The translations under genes and the position numbers were made by a program. Shown here one piece after another: positions 51,393 through 61,180 of a stretch of 64,000 bases of DNA. Under the pieces are notes generated by a model that did no database searches, had not been told where the DNA came from, and was given only the letters and a program-made list of their open reading frames with translations. Numbering within the stretch: position 1 is the stretch's first letter; each line of letters opens with the position of its first letter. This DNA is from Gemmatimonadales bacterium (GTDB lineage: Bacteria > Gemmatimonadota > Gemmatimonadetes > Gemmatimonadales > GWC2-71-9), in contig JBBCJC010000005.1 in assembly GCA_037189525.1 (NCBI GenBank), positions 96,001 to 160,000 of the forward strand. Reading direction: 5' to 3'.

Positions 51393-51822
51393 TTATGGCG
51401 CCCCACGGACGCTGATGGGAGCCTTCAACGTGGGCAGTCCCTCGAGGTCGACCCGAACCCGATACGTGCCGCGCGAAACGTTGGCGAAGAGTGCAGTGCG
51501 ATACGTCACGCCTACCGATAGCAATCGTGTCGACCCACGATTCCAAGCAGAGGGTGGTACTCACCCGGGGAAACGCTCCCGAGCCGAGATCGTGTTCGAC
51601 AGCAACGTTTATCTCACGTGGATACTGTGTACACGACGGGTTCGTCACCGCGGTTGCTCAGATCGACACGCGCGATAAACTTCCCACCCCGTTCCACGAT
51701 GGCGGGCTCGATCGTCAGTGTGGCCTGGAGCGGTCCGGACTCGGCGGATAGGCCCCCGCGGTAAATAGGACGCTCGCCAGGAGCGCAGCAACCCATGGCG
51801 ATGATCGATGAGTCGAAGTCAC
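51393..51822 (-). pseudogene. Frameshifted fourth paralog of the Ig-like lipoprotein array
   Basis: Pieces in different frames: signal-like MTSTHRSSPWVAALLASVLF; GPLQATLTIEPAIVERGGKFIARVDLSNRGDEP; ANVSRGTYRVRVDLEGLPTLKAPISVRGAP*. Confidence 0.75.
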
Positions 51823-51826
51823 CGGG

Positions 51827-52279
51827 CTACTCCACCTGCAGCTTTCCGGACAGTTCGGGCAACTCCATATGGAAATTGAAGTCGACCCGAAGATCGAACG
51901 TTCCGGACCTGCTGCTCGCCATGAGCGGCTGACGGAGGGTGATCTGTTCCGCGGGTGGAATCGTCTCGGTCAGTCCCTCGGGTACGCAGACGTCGAACCG
52001 CTGGATCGGTGAGGCCCCCGGCTGCCCATCCGGCCCGTTACTGACCGAAACGGTCAGCGGATAGCAACCGCGCGTCTGTAGTGAGATCGGCTGATCGGTC
52101 CGGTTGATCAGGTCGACCCGCACGTCGAACTGCTGGTTCACGGCTGCGGTCCCTGGCTCGAGGGAGAGGACGGCCCGCAAACCGTCACGTTCGAATTCGG
52201 GTCGCATGGAGTCGCAAGCGGAGGTGACCCCACCAGCCATCAGCGCGACAACGGTCCTTACTGCTACTCGATATGACAT
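51827..52279 (-). CDS. Ig-like (BsuPI-like) lipoprotein, paralog 3
   Basis: Lipobox TSAC; FDVRVDLINRTDQPISLQTRGC...C...TIPP...GTFDLRVDFNF. Confidence 0.8.
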   Translation of the reverse strand: MSYRVAVRTVVALMAGGVTSACDSMRPEFERDGLRAVLSLEPGTAAVNQQFDVRVDLINRTDQPISLQTRGCYPLTVSVSNGPDGQPGASPIQRFDVCVPEGLTETIPPAEQITLRQPLMASSRSGTFDLRVDFNFHMELPELSGKLQVE

Positions 52280-52493
52280 TTAGGTACCTCTCCCGCGGCA
52301 GATCCAGGTAGAAACTGACTTACACTCCCCCCCATGCCTGCCGCGATGAATCGAAAGTATCCCGCGCAGCTTCGTGGGGCAAACACCCTCACACTACCAT
52401 GACCCGCGCACAACCGAAAACGTCACTTCCGACGGTGTATTCGGCCCAGGTTCAATACTCGGGTATGACGAAGCGGCTTAAGTCAGCCATGGT

Positions 52494-52952
52494 TTACTCT
52501 ACCCGCAGCTTCGCGCCCAGGCTCGGCAACGCTTCGGTGAAATTGAAGTCGACGCGAAGGTTGAAAGTCCCGCTGGTTACGTTTGCAACCAGCGGCATCT
52601 TGGGAGAGACGCGGCCACCCGGCGGAATGGTATACACACCACCAATCCCAGTGCAAAAGACCGTCGGGGGTACGAACGCCCCAGCGAGTTGCTTCGACCC
52701 CTTCGTCACCGTGACCTCGAACGCGCGGCACGATCCCGTCCTCAGTTCGATCGACCGGTTACCACGATTGATCAGGTCGACCTGGACCTCGAACGAGCCA
52801 TTGGTCGGGACGACGTCGGGCGCCACCACCACGACGGCGCGCAAATCCCCGAACTCGAACGACGAGGGACCAACGGCGTTACAACCTCCCAGAAGCAGTC
52901 CGATCGTCATAGCCAGGGACGAATATCCCAGGGAAATGATCCCGCGGATCAT
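52494..52952 (-). CDS. Ig-like (BsuPI-like) lipoprotein, paralog 2
   Basis: Lipobox LGGC; FEVQVDLINRGNRSIELRTGSC...C...TIPP...GTFNLRVDFNF; ATGA overlap with paralog 1. Confidence 0.8.
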   Translation of the reverse strand: MIRGIISLGYSSLAMTIGLLLGGCNAVGPSSFEFGDLRAVVVVAPDVVPTNGSFEVQVDLINRGNRSIELRTGSCRAFEVTVTKGSKQLAGAFVPPTVFCTGIGGVYTIPPGGRVSPKMPLVANVTSGTFNLRVDFNFTEALPSLGAKLRVE

Positions 52953-53398
52953 CGAATCACCATCTTCGTGGTCACCTCTCGCACGAACGGCTGGAGGATC
53001 CATCTCACCGTCACCTCATACTCACCCGGGGGCGCGTTGGCCGTCAAATGCGACGGGAATTCGCGCGAGCCCTGGGCAGGAACCGGAAAGGACGTGATCG
53101 CCGCCGTACATACATTGGTGGTCCCAGGGGTCATCGGCGTGTAGTCGACCCCCTTGCGAACGACCCGCACGCCGTACGCACATCCACTTCCACTCGAATA
53201 ATTGGCCAGATTGTCCGATCGGTTCTGGATCAAAGCCCGAACCGTGAGCTGCTGGCCACGTTCGACGACCGCAGGATCGAGCGACACGCTGACGGCGCGA
53301 TCGCCTTCATCGTAAGATTCCGGCGCGACCGTGCCGCACCCGGCAATCAGGCCGATGGCTGCGATTCCTCTCAGTATGAAACCGGCGGATTGGCGCAT
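52949..53398 (-). CDS. Ig-like (BsuPI-like) lipoprotein, paralog 1
   Basis: AGGAGG SD; lipobox IAGC; LTVRALIQNRSD...GC...VCTAAI...PGEYEVTV. Confidence 0.8.
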   Translation of the reverse strand: MRQSAGFILRGIAAIGLIAGCGTVAPESYDEGDRAVSVSLDPAVVERGQQLTVRALIQNRSDNLANYSSGSGCAYGVRVVRKGVDYTPMTPGTTNVCTAAITSFPVPAQGSREFPSHLTANAPPGEYEVTVRWILQPFVREVTTKMVIR

Positions 53399-53472
53399 GG
53401 TCGACCTCCTTAATCTGTCAGACAATCGATGATTCGGAGGCCGATCCCGCTACCTGCGCTATGTTACCTGCG

Positions 53473-54933
53473 CTATTGTCGCGCGGCGGCCTCCGCCGTT
53501 TGCAACAACCGATCCAGCATCGAACGTTCGAGCAGTTGCCCCCGCACCACGACCGTCTCGATCGTCCGGGTATTGCCGATATCCGCCAGCGGGTCGAGCC
53601 GCAGCAGTACCAGGTCGGCAATCTTCCCCTCCGCCACGGTGCCGCTCTCCGGCCGGCCCGCTGCCTCCGCAGCATTACGCGTGGCGGCCTGAATGGCCTG
53701 GAGCGGCGTCAGTCCGATGTCGACCAGCACCTGCAGTTCCCGATGCAGGCTGAATCCGGGTACCAATGGCGGCACTGGTACATCGGTGCCTGCGACGAAC
53801 TTGGCTCCCGCCCGCGCCAGCGGCGTAAACGACGAGATGAGCACCTTCCAGCGCGCCTGCTCCGCCTCGACTACGGCCCTGGCCGCGAGCGCCGTCGCCG
53901 GGAGACGACCACCCGAGGCATAGCGGAGTTCCGGCAGCGCGCGCAGCACCGGGTCGTTTGGTCTATACCTGTTTTCCATGACCACGAACGTCGGGTCGAA
54001 CCAGACATCCTTGCGCGCCGCGTACTCCGCAAACTCCCGGGCGGCCACCGTGTCAGTGACCGCAATGGCTGAATCGATGGCTGCGATCTTGAGAGCAAAG
54101 ACACGCTCCACCAGCTCCCGCCCTGACTCGGCGGTTGCCCGGACCTCGGCGGCCGCCGCCTGGAAGGCCGAGCGGATCGCGGCGGCCTGCGCGCCATTCT
54201 CGAAGGCCAGGCCGAACGAATGCTCGATGGTCCGCTGCCCCGAATCGATGGCCTCCCTCGCCGTGACCTCGTCGGGAATGTGGCCGGCGACGGCCAAGCC
54301 ATGCTTGCGCGCCTGGCGCAGCACCGCAAAGTATGGCTCTCGCGGGAGCAGCGAATGGACCTTGATGACGTCGACCCCGGCCGCCGCGAGCGAATCGACC
54401 ACTCGCTCCGCATCTCCCGCAGTAGTGAGCCCCACTCGGCCGTTAGGCGCCATCTCGAGGACCTTCGGATCGTCGAGGATCGGCCCCGCCATCATGATGG
54501 TCGGGCCAAGCACTCGGCCGGCCCGCACCTCCTGGCGCCAATAACCGATCTGCTGCAGGTCGGTGCCGACATCGCGAACAGTGGTAACACCGTTGGCCAG
54601 GTAGAGCGGAAAGCCCAACTCCCGATAGCCGCCCTGATGGGTATGCATATCCCAGAGCCCGGGAATGACATACATCCCCCGCCCGTCGATGCGCAGCGTC
54701 ACGGAGTCGGAGGCAAACGCCCCCATCGGTCGGATGGCCACGATGCGATCGCCATCGATGGCAATCGACATCCCCGGCACCGCGCCACGATCGGTGCCGT
54801 CGATCAGGACGACGTCCTCGATCAGCATCGAGATGCGGAGCGGTGTATCCTGGCACCCGACAAGACCAATCAGCATGGCGAGACCCAGCAGACTGGACCA
54901 TAGCGAGCGGCGGTAACGACGCATCTGTCTCAT
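53473..54933 (-). CDS. Amidohydrolase-family lipoprotein (start approximate)
   Basis: Lipobox LVGC; PGLWDMHTH, TIEH, AGTD, GKIADLVLL. Confidence 0.92.
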   Translation of the reverse strand: MRQMRRYRRSLWSSLLGLAMLIGLVGCQDTPLRISMLIEDVVLIDGTDRGAVPGMSIAIDGDRIVAIRPMGAFASDSVTLRIDGRGMYVIPGLWDMHTHQGGYRELGFPLYLANGVTTVRDVGTDLQQIGYWRQEVRAGRVLGPTIMMAGPILDDPKVLEMAPNGRVGLTTAGDAERVVDSLAAAGVDVIKVHSLLPREPYFAVLRQARKHGLAVAGHIPDEVTAREAIDSGQRTIEHSFGLAFENGAQAAAIRSAFQAAAAEVRATAESGRELVERVFALKIAAIDSAIAVTDTVAAREFAEYAARKDVWFDPTFVVMENRYRPNDPVLRALPELRYASGGRLPATALAARAVVEAEQARWKVLISSFTPLARAGAKFVAGTDVPVPPLVPGFSLHRELQVLVDIGLTPLQAIQAATRNAAEAAGRPESGTVAEGKIADLVLLRLDPLADIGNTRTIETVVVRGQLLERSMLDRLLQTAEAAARQ

Positions 54934-55035
54934 ACCATTCGGTTCAAATGAAGTGAAACGCCGCACCAGCAGCAGCTGGCGCGGCGGTATTCGCTGGCAG
55001 CATCGCCAGCAAGTTAACTCACCACAGAGGCGGCC

Positions 55036-55980
55036 TCAGGCAAACGGCGCAGAGGCCTCGTCGAGCGCCGCGATCTCATCGGCCGAGAGGGCGAGCTCCG
55101 GCACAGCCAGCAACTCACGAAGTTGCGTCGGGCTGGTTGCGCTGGCCAGAGGGGCGGTGACGGTCGGTTTGGCAAGTACCCACGCCAACGCGACGGTCGC
55201 GACTGCAACGCGGTGACTCGACGCGATGGCGCGAAGCCGGTCGACGACGGCCAGACCGTCGGCATTGAGATACGGCGAGACCCCACCCGCCCGCGCCGCG
55301 CCCTCGAGGTCCGCCGCGGTACGGTACTTACCCGTCAGGAAGCCGCTCGCCAGCGCGAAGTACGGGAACACCGACAAACCGTGGCGCTGGGCCAACGGCG
55401 CGAAGATCTCCTCATAGCTCTTCCGGCTCACCAGGCTGTACTGCGGCTGCAGCGCAACCGGCTGCGCCAGGCCCTGCGATGCGGCCAGCCCGACCCACTC
55501 CTCGATCCGCTCCGGCGCGAGATTGGAGATCCCGACATAGCGGACCTTTCCCGCCTCCACCAGGCGGTCGAAGGCTCCGGCAATGTCTGCGACGGGAATA
55601 TCCGGATCATCGTGGTGCGCATAGTAGAGGTCGATGTAATCGCTCTGGAGACGCCGCAACGACGCATCGGCCGCGCGGGCAACCGTCTTCGGTGCGAGCC
55701 CCTTGAGCTCGGGAAGCCCACCGACCTTGGTCGCCATGACGATGGCGTTCCGATTGCCGCGACGGCGCATCCAGTCGCCCAGGATCGTTTCCGATTCCCC
55801 GCCGACGTTACCCGGCACCCAGATCGAGTAGGAATCCGCGGTATCGATGAAGTTGCCACCGCCAGCTACGAAGGCGTCCAGAACGACGTCGGCGCCGGCC
55901 CTGTCGACCGTCATGCCGAAAACGTTGCCGCCCAGACCCATGGGGAAGATGTCCAACTCGGAATTACCAATGCGTGCCAT
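55036..55980 (-). CDS. Aldo/keto reductase
   Basis: GLGGNVFG, DTADSY, IDLYYAH, GKVRYVGISN, LASGFLTGKY. Confidence 0.95.
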   Translation of the reverse strand: MARIGNSELDIFPMGLGGNVFGMTVDRAGADVVLDAFVAGGGNFIDTADSYSIWVPGNVGGESETILGDWMRRRGNRNAIVMATKVGGLPELKGLAPKTVARAADASLRRLQSDYIDLYYAHHDDPDIPVADIAGAFDRLVEAGKVRYVGISNLAPERIEEWVGLAASQGLAQPVALQPQYSLVSRKSYEEIFAPLAQRHGLSVFPYFALASGFLTGKYRTAADLEGAARAGGVSPYLNADGLAVVDRLRAIASSHRVAVATVALAWVLAKPTVTAPLASATSPTQLRELLAVPELALSADEIAALDEASAPFA

Positions 55981-55988
55981 CGTACCCT

Positions 55989-57038
55989 CTATACCGTGGA
56001 TGCCACTTGGCCCGCCCGATCACCCGTCGTGATCAGACCGGTCAGGAGTTCGTAGGAGTGAAGCCGAGCGGGAAACTCTGTGATCAAGTCCTGGATGATG
56101 AACTCGTCGACGGCCAGATCCGCCCCCAGTTGCTCGAGTTGCTCACCAACCTGCTCGATGGTCCCACCGATGAAGCGGGGCGGAACACCACTACCGGGCT
56201 GATAGCGCTCGAGGGCGGGCGCGCCGCCCAACTGCGCGACGGCAGCATCCGGCCCAGGAAGCGGCGCCCGCAGGTTGCCCTGCCGCAGGTGCTGATACAT
56301 GACGTGAACCGGCGCCAACTGTCGCCGCGCCTCCGCCTCGCTGTCTGCGCAGACGACGTGTACCGCCAGCCGCACGTCGGGACTGGTAACTCGCGTGATA
56401 CCCGTCGCCGGCGTAAAGTCCCGCCGGTATGATCCGATCAGATTCGGCACGCCCTGCTGGTTGATGAACCCGGCCACCACGTAGCGCAGGCCGAGCCGGG
56501 CCGCCGCAGCTGCGCTCCAAGTGCTCGAGCCGAGCAGGTGGAGTTCGGGCAGGGCGTCGATGGTATCGAGCGGATTACGCGCAAAGGGATGATTCGGGGG
56601 AAAACCGTGTTCGAGCCAGGCCACCAGCTCGTCGATCTGCTGATCGGAGTCCGCGCGATAGGGACGGCTCCGGTCCTGCTGCAGCGCGAAGTCGGTGATC
56701 GGTCCGGTGGTGGCCCGCCCGGCGCCCAGATCGATTCGCCCGGGAAAGAGTTCGTTCAGGGTGCAGAACACCTCGGCGACCTTGAACGCGCTGTAGTGAT
56801 TGAGCAGCACCGAACCCGAGCCGAGCCGGATCCGCGAGGTCTGCGCGGCAATCGCTGCGATCAGCACCTCGGGCGCTCGGCCCGCTACGGACGGAGCGCC
56901 ATGATGCTCCGCGACCCAGTAGCGATGATAGCCCCACTGATCGGCAGCGCGGGCAAGTTCGAGGCTGTGCTGCAGCGCGACGTCCCGCGTTTCGTCTTCC
57001 CGAACCACCGAGATGTCGACGATCGACAGCCGCGTCAT
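55989..57038 (-). CDS. LLM-class (luciferase-like) flavin monooxygenase
   Basis: GYHRYWVAEHH, RIRLGSGSVLL, GRIDLGAGRA, LLGSS. Confidence 0.92.
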   Translation of the reverse strand: MTRLSIVDISVVREDETRDVALQHSLELARAADQWGYHRYWVAEHHGAPSVAGRAPEVLIAAIAAQTSRIRLGSGSVLLNHYSAFKVAEVFCTLNELFPGRIDLGAGRATTGPITDFALQQDRSRPYRADSDQQIDELVAWLEHGFPPNHPFARNPLDTIDALPELHLLGSSTWSAAAAARLGLRYVVAGFINQQGVPNLIGSYRRDFTPATGITRVTSPDVRLAVHVVCADSEAEARRQLAPVHVMYQHLRQGNLRAPLPGPDAAVAQLGGAPALERYQPGSGVPPRFIGGTIEQVGEQLEQLGADLAVDEFIIQDLITEFPARLHSYELLTGLITTGDRAGQVASTV

Positions 57039-57733
57039 CGGACAGGCGGCGGATCGATGGCGCAACCGTCGTCGTCGCACTGGTCGCCCTGATCCTTCCG
57101 AGCCGGCGACTCGGCAACCTGCTGGAGCGCTTCGAGGAACACGTCCGTCGGTTGCGCACCTTCCAGGGCCCACTGATCGTCGAAGACGAAGGTCGGCACC
57201 GCGCGCACCCCGACCGCCCGCGCCTGACCGAACTCCGCGTCGAGTTCGGCGGCCCCTTCATCGGATGTGAGATAGCCGGCGACTCGGTCCCGATCCATTC
57301 CCACCGCGACGGCCTGCTCGGTCAGCAGCGCCGGGTCCGCGATATTGCCGCCCCGGGTAAAGTGCTGGTCGAAGAGCCGCTCCATCAGCGCTCGCTGCAC
57401 CGCCGGTCCGTACTCCCGCTCCGCCAGGCGCAGCAGACGATGCGCGGTTCGCGTGTTCACGGCAAGCGCAATCGTCCAGTCGATGGCGATACCTTCCCGC
57501 TCCGCTGCCGCCGACACGTTGCTCAGCATCCCGCGCGCCCGATCGCCGTAGCGGCCCTCGAGATAACGGGTCAGCGGAACCGCCTCGCGCGGCGCGGCGG
57601 GATCGAGCTGATAGGGGCGGAAGACGACGTCGACCTCATCTGCCGACGGCAAAGCGGCCAGCGCTTTGGCAAAGCGCCGCTCACCGATATAGCACCACGG
57701 ACACACGATGTCCGAATAAATCTCGACCTTCAT
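57035..57733 (-). CDS. DsbA/FrnE-family oxidoreductase
   Basis: SDIVCPWCYIG, VPTFVF, GAQP; C-terminal CDDDGC. Confidence 0.93.
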   Translation of the reverse strand: MKVEIYSDIVCPWCYIGERRFAKALAALPSADEVDVVFRPYQLDPAAPREAVPLTRYLEGRYGDRARGMLSNVSAAAEREGIAIDWTIALAVNTRTAHRLLRLAEREYGPAVQRALMERLFDQHFTRGGNIADPALLTEQAVAVGMDRDRVAGYLTSDEGAAELDAEFGQARAVGVRAVPTFVFDDQWALEGAQPTDVFLEALQQVAESPARKDQGDQCDDDGCAIDPPPVR

Positions 57734-57811
57734 ATCTCTCCTCGATCATCGGTCGGTTCGCTGCCGATACAGCAACCGATTGTCGACCGATGAACCATTG
57801 CCGTAAAAAAA

Positions 57812-58258
57812 TCAGAACGCCTTGAGCACCCGGAGCAACACGTCGCGCTCGGCCTCGGGGATCGTCGCGTCGAAACTGGCCTCGACCTGGCGCAATCGTT
57901 CGGCGCCTTCTCCGTGCCGAGCCAGGCCATCTGGCGTGATGACGACGCGGGTGGATCGCCGATCGTCGGGATCGGGCTCGCGGCGCACCAGACCATCCGC
58001 CTCGAGCCGATCGACCAGCTGCGTCATATTGGATCGGACACAACTCAGCCGCGCCGCCAGCTCACTCAGCGCCAGCGGCGACTCGGCGCGCACCAGTTCG
58101 TTCAACACCCCGTACCGGGCGAGCGAAAGCCCCACCTCACCAAAGGTGTCCTCCAAGCGGGCCTCGACCGACTGCATGGCGTAGAGCAGCGAGAACATCA
58201 CCGAGCAGCTCGGGGCGCCCGATTCAGTCGTTTCGCGGGGTGGACCAACATTGTTCAT
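57812..58258 (-). CDS. MarR-family regulator
   Basis: LSELAARL...NMTQLVDRLEADGLVRR..DPDDRR. Confidence 0.93.
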   Translation of the reverse strand: MNNVGPPRETTESGAPSCSVMFSLLYAMQSVEARLEDTFGEVGLSLARYGVLNELVRAESPLALSELAARLSCVRSNMTQLVDRLEADGLVRREPDPDDRRSTRVVITPDGLARHGEGAERLRQVEASFDATIPEAERDVLLRVLKAF

Positions 58259-58286
58259 AGATGAACCATAGTAGACGAACCTATGG
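58253..58286. promoter_or_regulatory. Candidate MarR operator over its own start
   Basis: GTTCAT-AG-ATGAAC dyad (58253-58266) plus CCATAG...CTATGG; TACTAT -10 on the minus strand. Confidence 0.5.
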
Positions 58287-58346
58287 CATGCAACGAAGCC
58301 GCCTTTTGCGCCACGACCCTCGAGCGGGCCGTGGCGCAGGGAGGCG

Positions 58347-59789
58347 TCAGGGTGTGGACGCGACCGGGAACCGGTTGGAGGTGTACATGGACATCCGATC
58401 TGCCGCGGGCGGGTCGAGATTGGCCAGGGCCGCGACCACCCAGCCCGTGTCCCGGAAGATTTCGAGATCGCCGTTCATGCCGGGTGCGCCGCCCCCATGG
58501 CCGACGGCGCGCTGGCCGTTGACCGTCTTCTCGACGAATCCGTAGGCGTAACGCCCGCCAAGCGCATCGACTTTGCCGGTCAGCAACAGATCGGTGTGCT
58601 TGGCATCGAGCAGCTTGTGGCCGGTGATTGCATTGGCGAAGCGCACCAGGTCGCCGACGGTGGTATAGCCGCCGCCAGCTGCGGTGCCCCGCCAGGGTAG
58701 CGTTTCCGTGTTGGGCTTCCAATCGCCGTCCTCGCCGCGCAGGTAGCCGGTGGCGCGCCCCTCGACGGCTTCGCTCTCGGGCTCCAGCCCGGTCCGGGTC
58801 ATCCCGATCGGGAGGAAGACATGGTCGCGGACATAGTCGTAATAGCTCTGCCCGGACACGCGCTCGATGATGATGCCCGCCAGGACGAAGCCGTAGTTGC
58901 TGTACTGGAAGCGCGCGCCAGGTTCGTAAAGCAGGTCGCGAGCGCCGTAGAGTTTGAGATAGTCGTCGTGAGTGCGCAGCGTGCTCCGGTTGGCCATGAA
59001 CTGCGGCCCGAAAATGTCGCCCGTGCCGCCGGTGTGAGTCAGCAGGTGATGGACGGTGACTTTGGTCGCGACGTTCTGATTGGGATAGTCCTTGATATAG
59101 GTCCCGATCGGCGCATCGAGCTTCACCTTCCCTGCCTGCACCAGCTGTATCACCGCAACGGCGGTAAACATCTTGTTCATCGACCCGTTTCGGAATCGGG
59201 TTTCCAGAGTATTGCGGGTCTGCTTGGCACGATCGGCCATGCCCCATGCGCCGGAGACGGCCTCCTTGCCGTTATGCGTTGCCAGCACCGCCCCGGCAAA
59301 TCGATCGGCGGCGGCGCGCCGGTCTCCCTCGGCCTCGACTTCCTTCGCCAGGTCGGCAGTGCTGCCCACCCGCACAATCGGTGTCTCGAGCGGAATACCG
59401 GGCTGCAGCTGCATGCTGGTCAGGCGATGCGGAGCTGCCGCCTCGACCTCGACCGTGACGCGGACCAGCGAGGCGTCGTTGTCTCGCTCCTGCAGCAGGG
59501 CGACCGCGCGGGTCGGAGTCGACTCGGTCAGGCGGATGAAAGTGAACCCGCCGGTCCGCTCGCGGAAGCGCATTTCCTGGCCGGCGACGGCTGCGCGCGA
59601 CGGATAGTTCTCCTTGAGGAAAGCTTCGTGCGCCGAGCGGTTGTTGGCGTTGAAGCTCTCGAGCCAGCGGGTGAGTTGGCGGGAGGCGGGCGTTTCCTGC
59701 TGGGCAACCGCGGGGACAACGATCGCCGTGAGGGCGACGAGGGCGAGGGCGACGAGGCGCCGAAACGGATTGGTCATGTTGGAGAACAT
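58347..59789 (-). CDS. Serine hydrolase, beta-lactamase/class C-like family
   Basis: Signal peptide; SMNK (SxxK), LLTHTGG, YSN, GHGG. Confidence 0.92.
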   Translation of the reverse strand: MFSNMTNPFRRLVALALVALTAIVVPAVAQQETPASRQLTRWLESFNANNRSAHEAFLKENYPSRAAVAGQEMRFRERTGGFTFIRLTESTPTRAVALLQERDNDASLVRVTVEVEAAAPHRLTSMQLQPGIPLETPIVRVGSTADLAKEVEAEGDRRAAADRFAGAVLATHNGKEAVSGAWGMADRAKQTRNTLETRFRNGSMNKMFTAVAVIQLVQAGKVKLDAPIGTYIKDYPNQNVATKVTVHHLLTHTGGTGDIFGPQFMANRSTLRTHDDYLKLYGARDLLYEPGARFQYSNYGFVLAGIIIERVSGQSYYDYVRDHVFLPIGMTRTGLEPESEAVEGRATGYLRGEDGDWKPNTETLPWRGTAAGGGYTTVGDLVRFANAITGHKLLDAKHTDLLLTGKVDALGGRYAYGFVEKTVNGQRAVGHGGGAPGMNGDLEIFRDTGWVVAALANLDPPAADRMSMYTSNRFPVASTP

Positions 59790-59837
59790 ATCGCCCGGCC
59801 CACCAGGACGTCTTGAACGCCAGCAAGCCGGCGGGAT

Positions 59838-60647
59838 TCAGGCCGAGCGGCGGGCGAGCGAAGCGCGGTAGGCGCCGGGCGTCATGCCGGTGTAGCGCTT
59901 GAAGGCGCGCGTCAGATGGCTCTGATCGGCAAAGCCGACCGCCAGGGCGACCTCCGCGAGCGGGCGATCCAGATCGACCAGCACGCGCCGAGCCTGGGCC
60001 ACGCGGCGACGCCGGGCGTAGTCGCCGACGGAGCAGCCGTAGCAGCGACGGAAGACGGCGGCAAAGTGGACCGGGTGGACGCCGGCCATGGAGGCCAGAT
60101 CGCGGAGCGACGGCGCCGCCGTTGAGGTGCTGTCGAACAGGTCGGGCGCGTCCGCAAGCCAGCCGGGGCGGCGGAGACACTCGGTCAGCGGGAGCCGGCA
60201 GAGTCCCGCCGCGACCTCGGCGGTGAGGGCATCGACGGTCAGCGGATCGCTCCCCTGCTCCACCGCGGCAGCGAGCCGGGTTCCGGCCTCGGCGACCGGA
60301 CCGCCGCGGGTTTCGGACGGAGTGTCGGTGGCAAAACCGTGTTCGAGCATCCAACCGAGCCAGGCGGGCCCGGGCTCTAAATTGAGGGCGCGGACCGGCC
60401 GCTCGAGGGTGATGGCGTGCCGCATACCCGGCGGATGCCACGCGACGGAGAGCGGCTCGCAGACCCGTTGCCGCCGGCCGAACCGCTCGGTGTAGCGGCC
60501 GCGGTGGATCAGGCAGAGATAGGGTCGTTCGTGGGCGTGCGCGGGGGCGCCGGCGGTATACCGGATGTCGGTCAGCCGGAGGTCCGGGGTGACGTAGGTT
60601 CGGGATGGTACACCGAGGAAACGCCCCGGCGGGAGGGCCGCGCGCAT
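59838..60647 (-). CDS. AraC-family transcriptional regulator
   Basis: HAHE cupin; AGVHPVHF, GFADQSHLTRAFKRYTGMTPGAYR. Confidence 0.92.
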   Translation of the reverse strand: MRAALPPGRFLGVPSRTYVTPDLRLTDIRYTAGAPAHAHERPYLCLIHRGRYTERFGRRQRVCEPLSVAWHPPGMRHAITLERPVRALNLEPGPAWLGWMLEHGFATDTPSETRGGPVAEAGTRLAAAVEQGSDPLTVDALTAEVAAGLCRLPLTECLRRPGWLADAPDLFDSTSTAAPSLRDLASMAGVHPVHFAAVFRRCYGCSVGDYARRRRVAQARRVLVDLDRPLAEVALAVGFADQSHLTRAFKRYTGMTPGAYRASLARRSA

Positions 60648-61140
60648 AACCGTAAGATGCACTGGATGGGCCCAGGGTTGCGGCTGCACGTCCAGGGGAT
60701 CAGCGGTCCCGCTTCGCGCACGGGCGGCGAATGGCCTGGCATTGTCACCGATTGAGATGGAAAATACCGCCGATCGACGCGGAGATGGCACTGACACAGG
60801 TGGACAAGTCACCGGTCGGCACGGAGGTGACCCTAAACGCAGGCGAGCATGCTATCGAATGGTGCGGAGATGCCGATCGGCATTGGGACCTGATGAGAAT
60901 CAACGGTCGAGCGGCAAGTATTCTATGGGCTTGGGCTGATGACCAGGACGTTTATAGTGGCTACCATTCGGAGCGGATTTCGAACCCGACGACTGTCCTG
61001 ATCAGCGGCACGCTGGGCTGATCGGCCACGCAGGTTCGTGGTTTGCGACGCTGATTCGACTGTCGGGCCCAGCCGCCTAAGCGACAGCCAACAGGATTTG
61101 GCGGCGCGGGGCGGTATTATTCTGGTACGGCTCCTCTTAC

Positions 61141-61167
61141 AAGCTATACATGAGTTAGACCGCAGTC
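61141..61167 (+). mobile_element. Candidate attI / first cassette junction (GTTAGAC at 61154-61160)
   Basis: GTTRRRY core. 61154-61167 is the exact reverse complement of 61840-61853, as expected for a cassette end. No attC stem upstream. Confidence 0.55.
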
Positions 61168-61180
61168 CGAACATCTTTCT

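Noticed and set aside
60731..61021. 96-aa plus-strand ORF upstream of the cassette array
   Set aside because: No recognisable motif or well-spaced SD; not integrase-like; possibly a gene fragment
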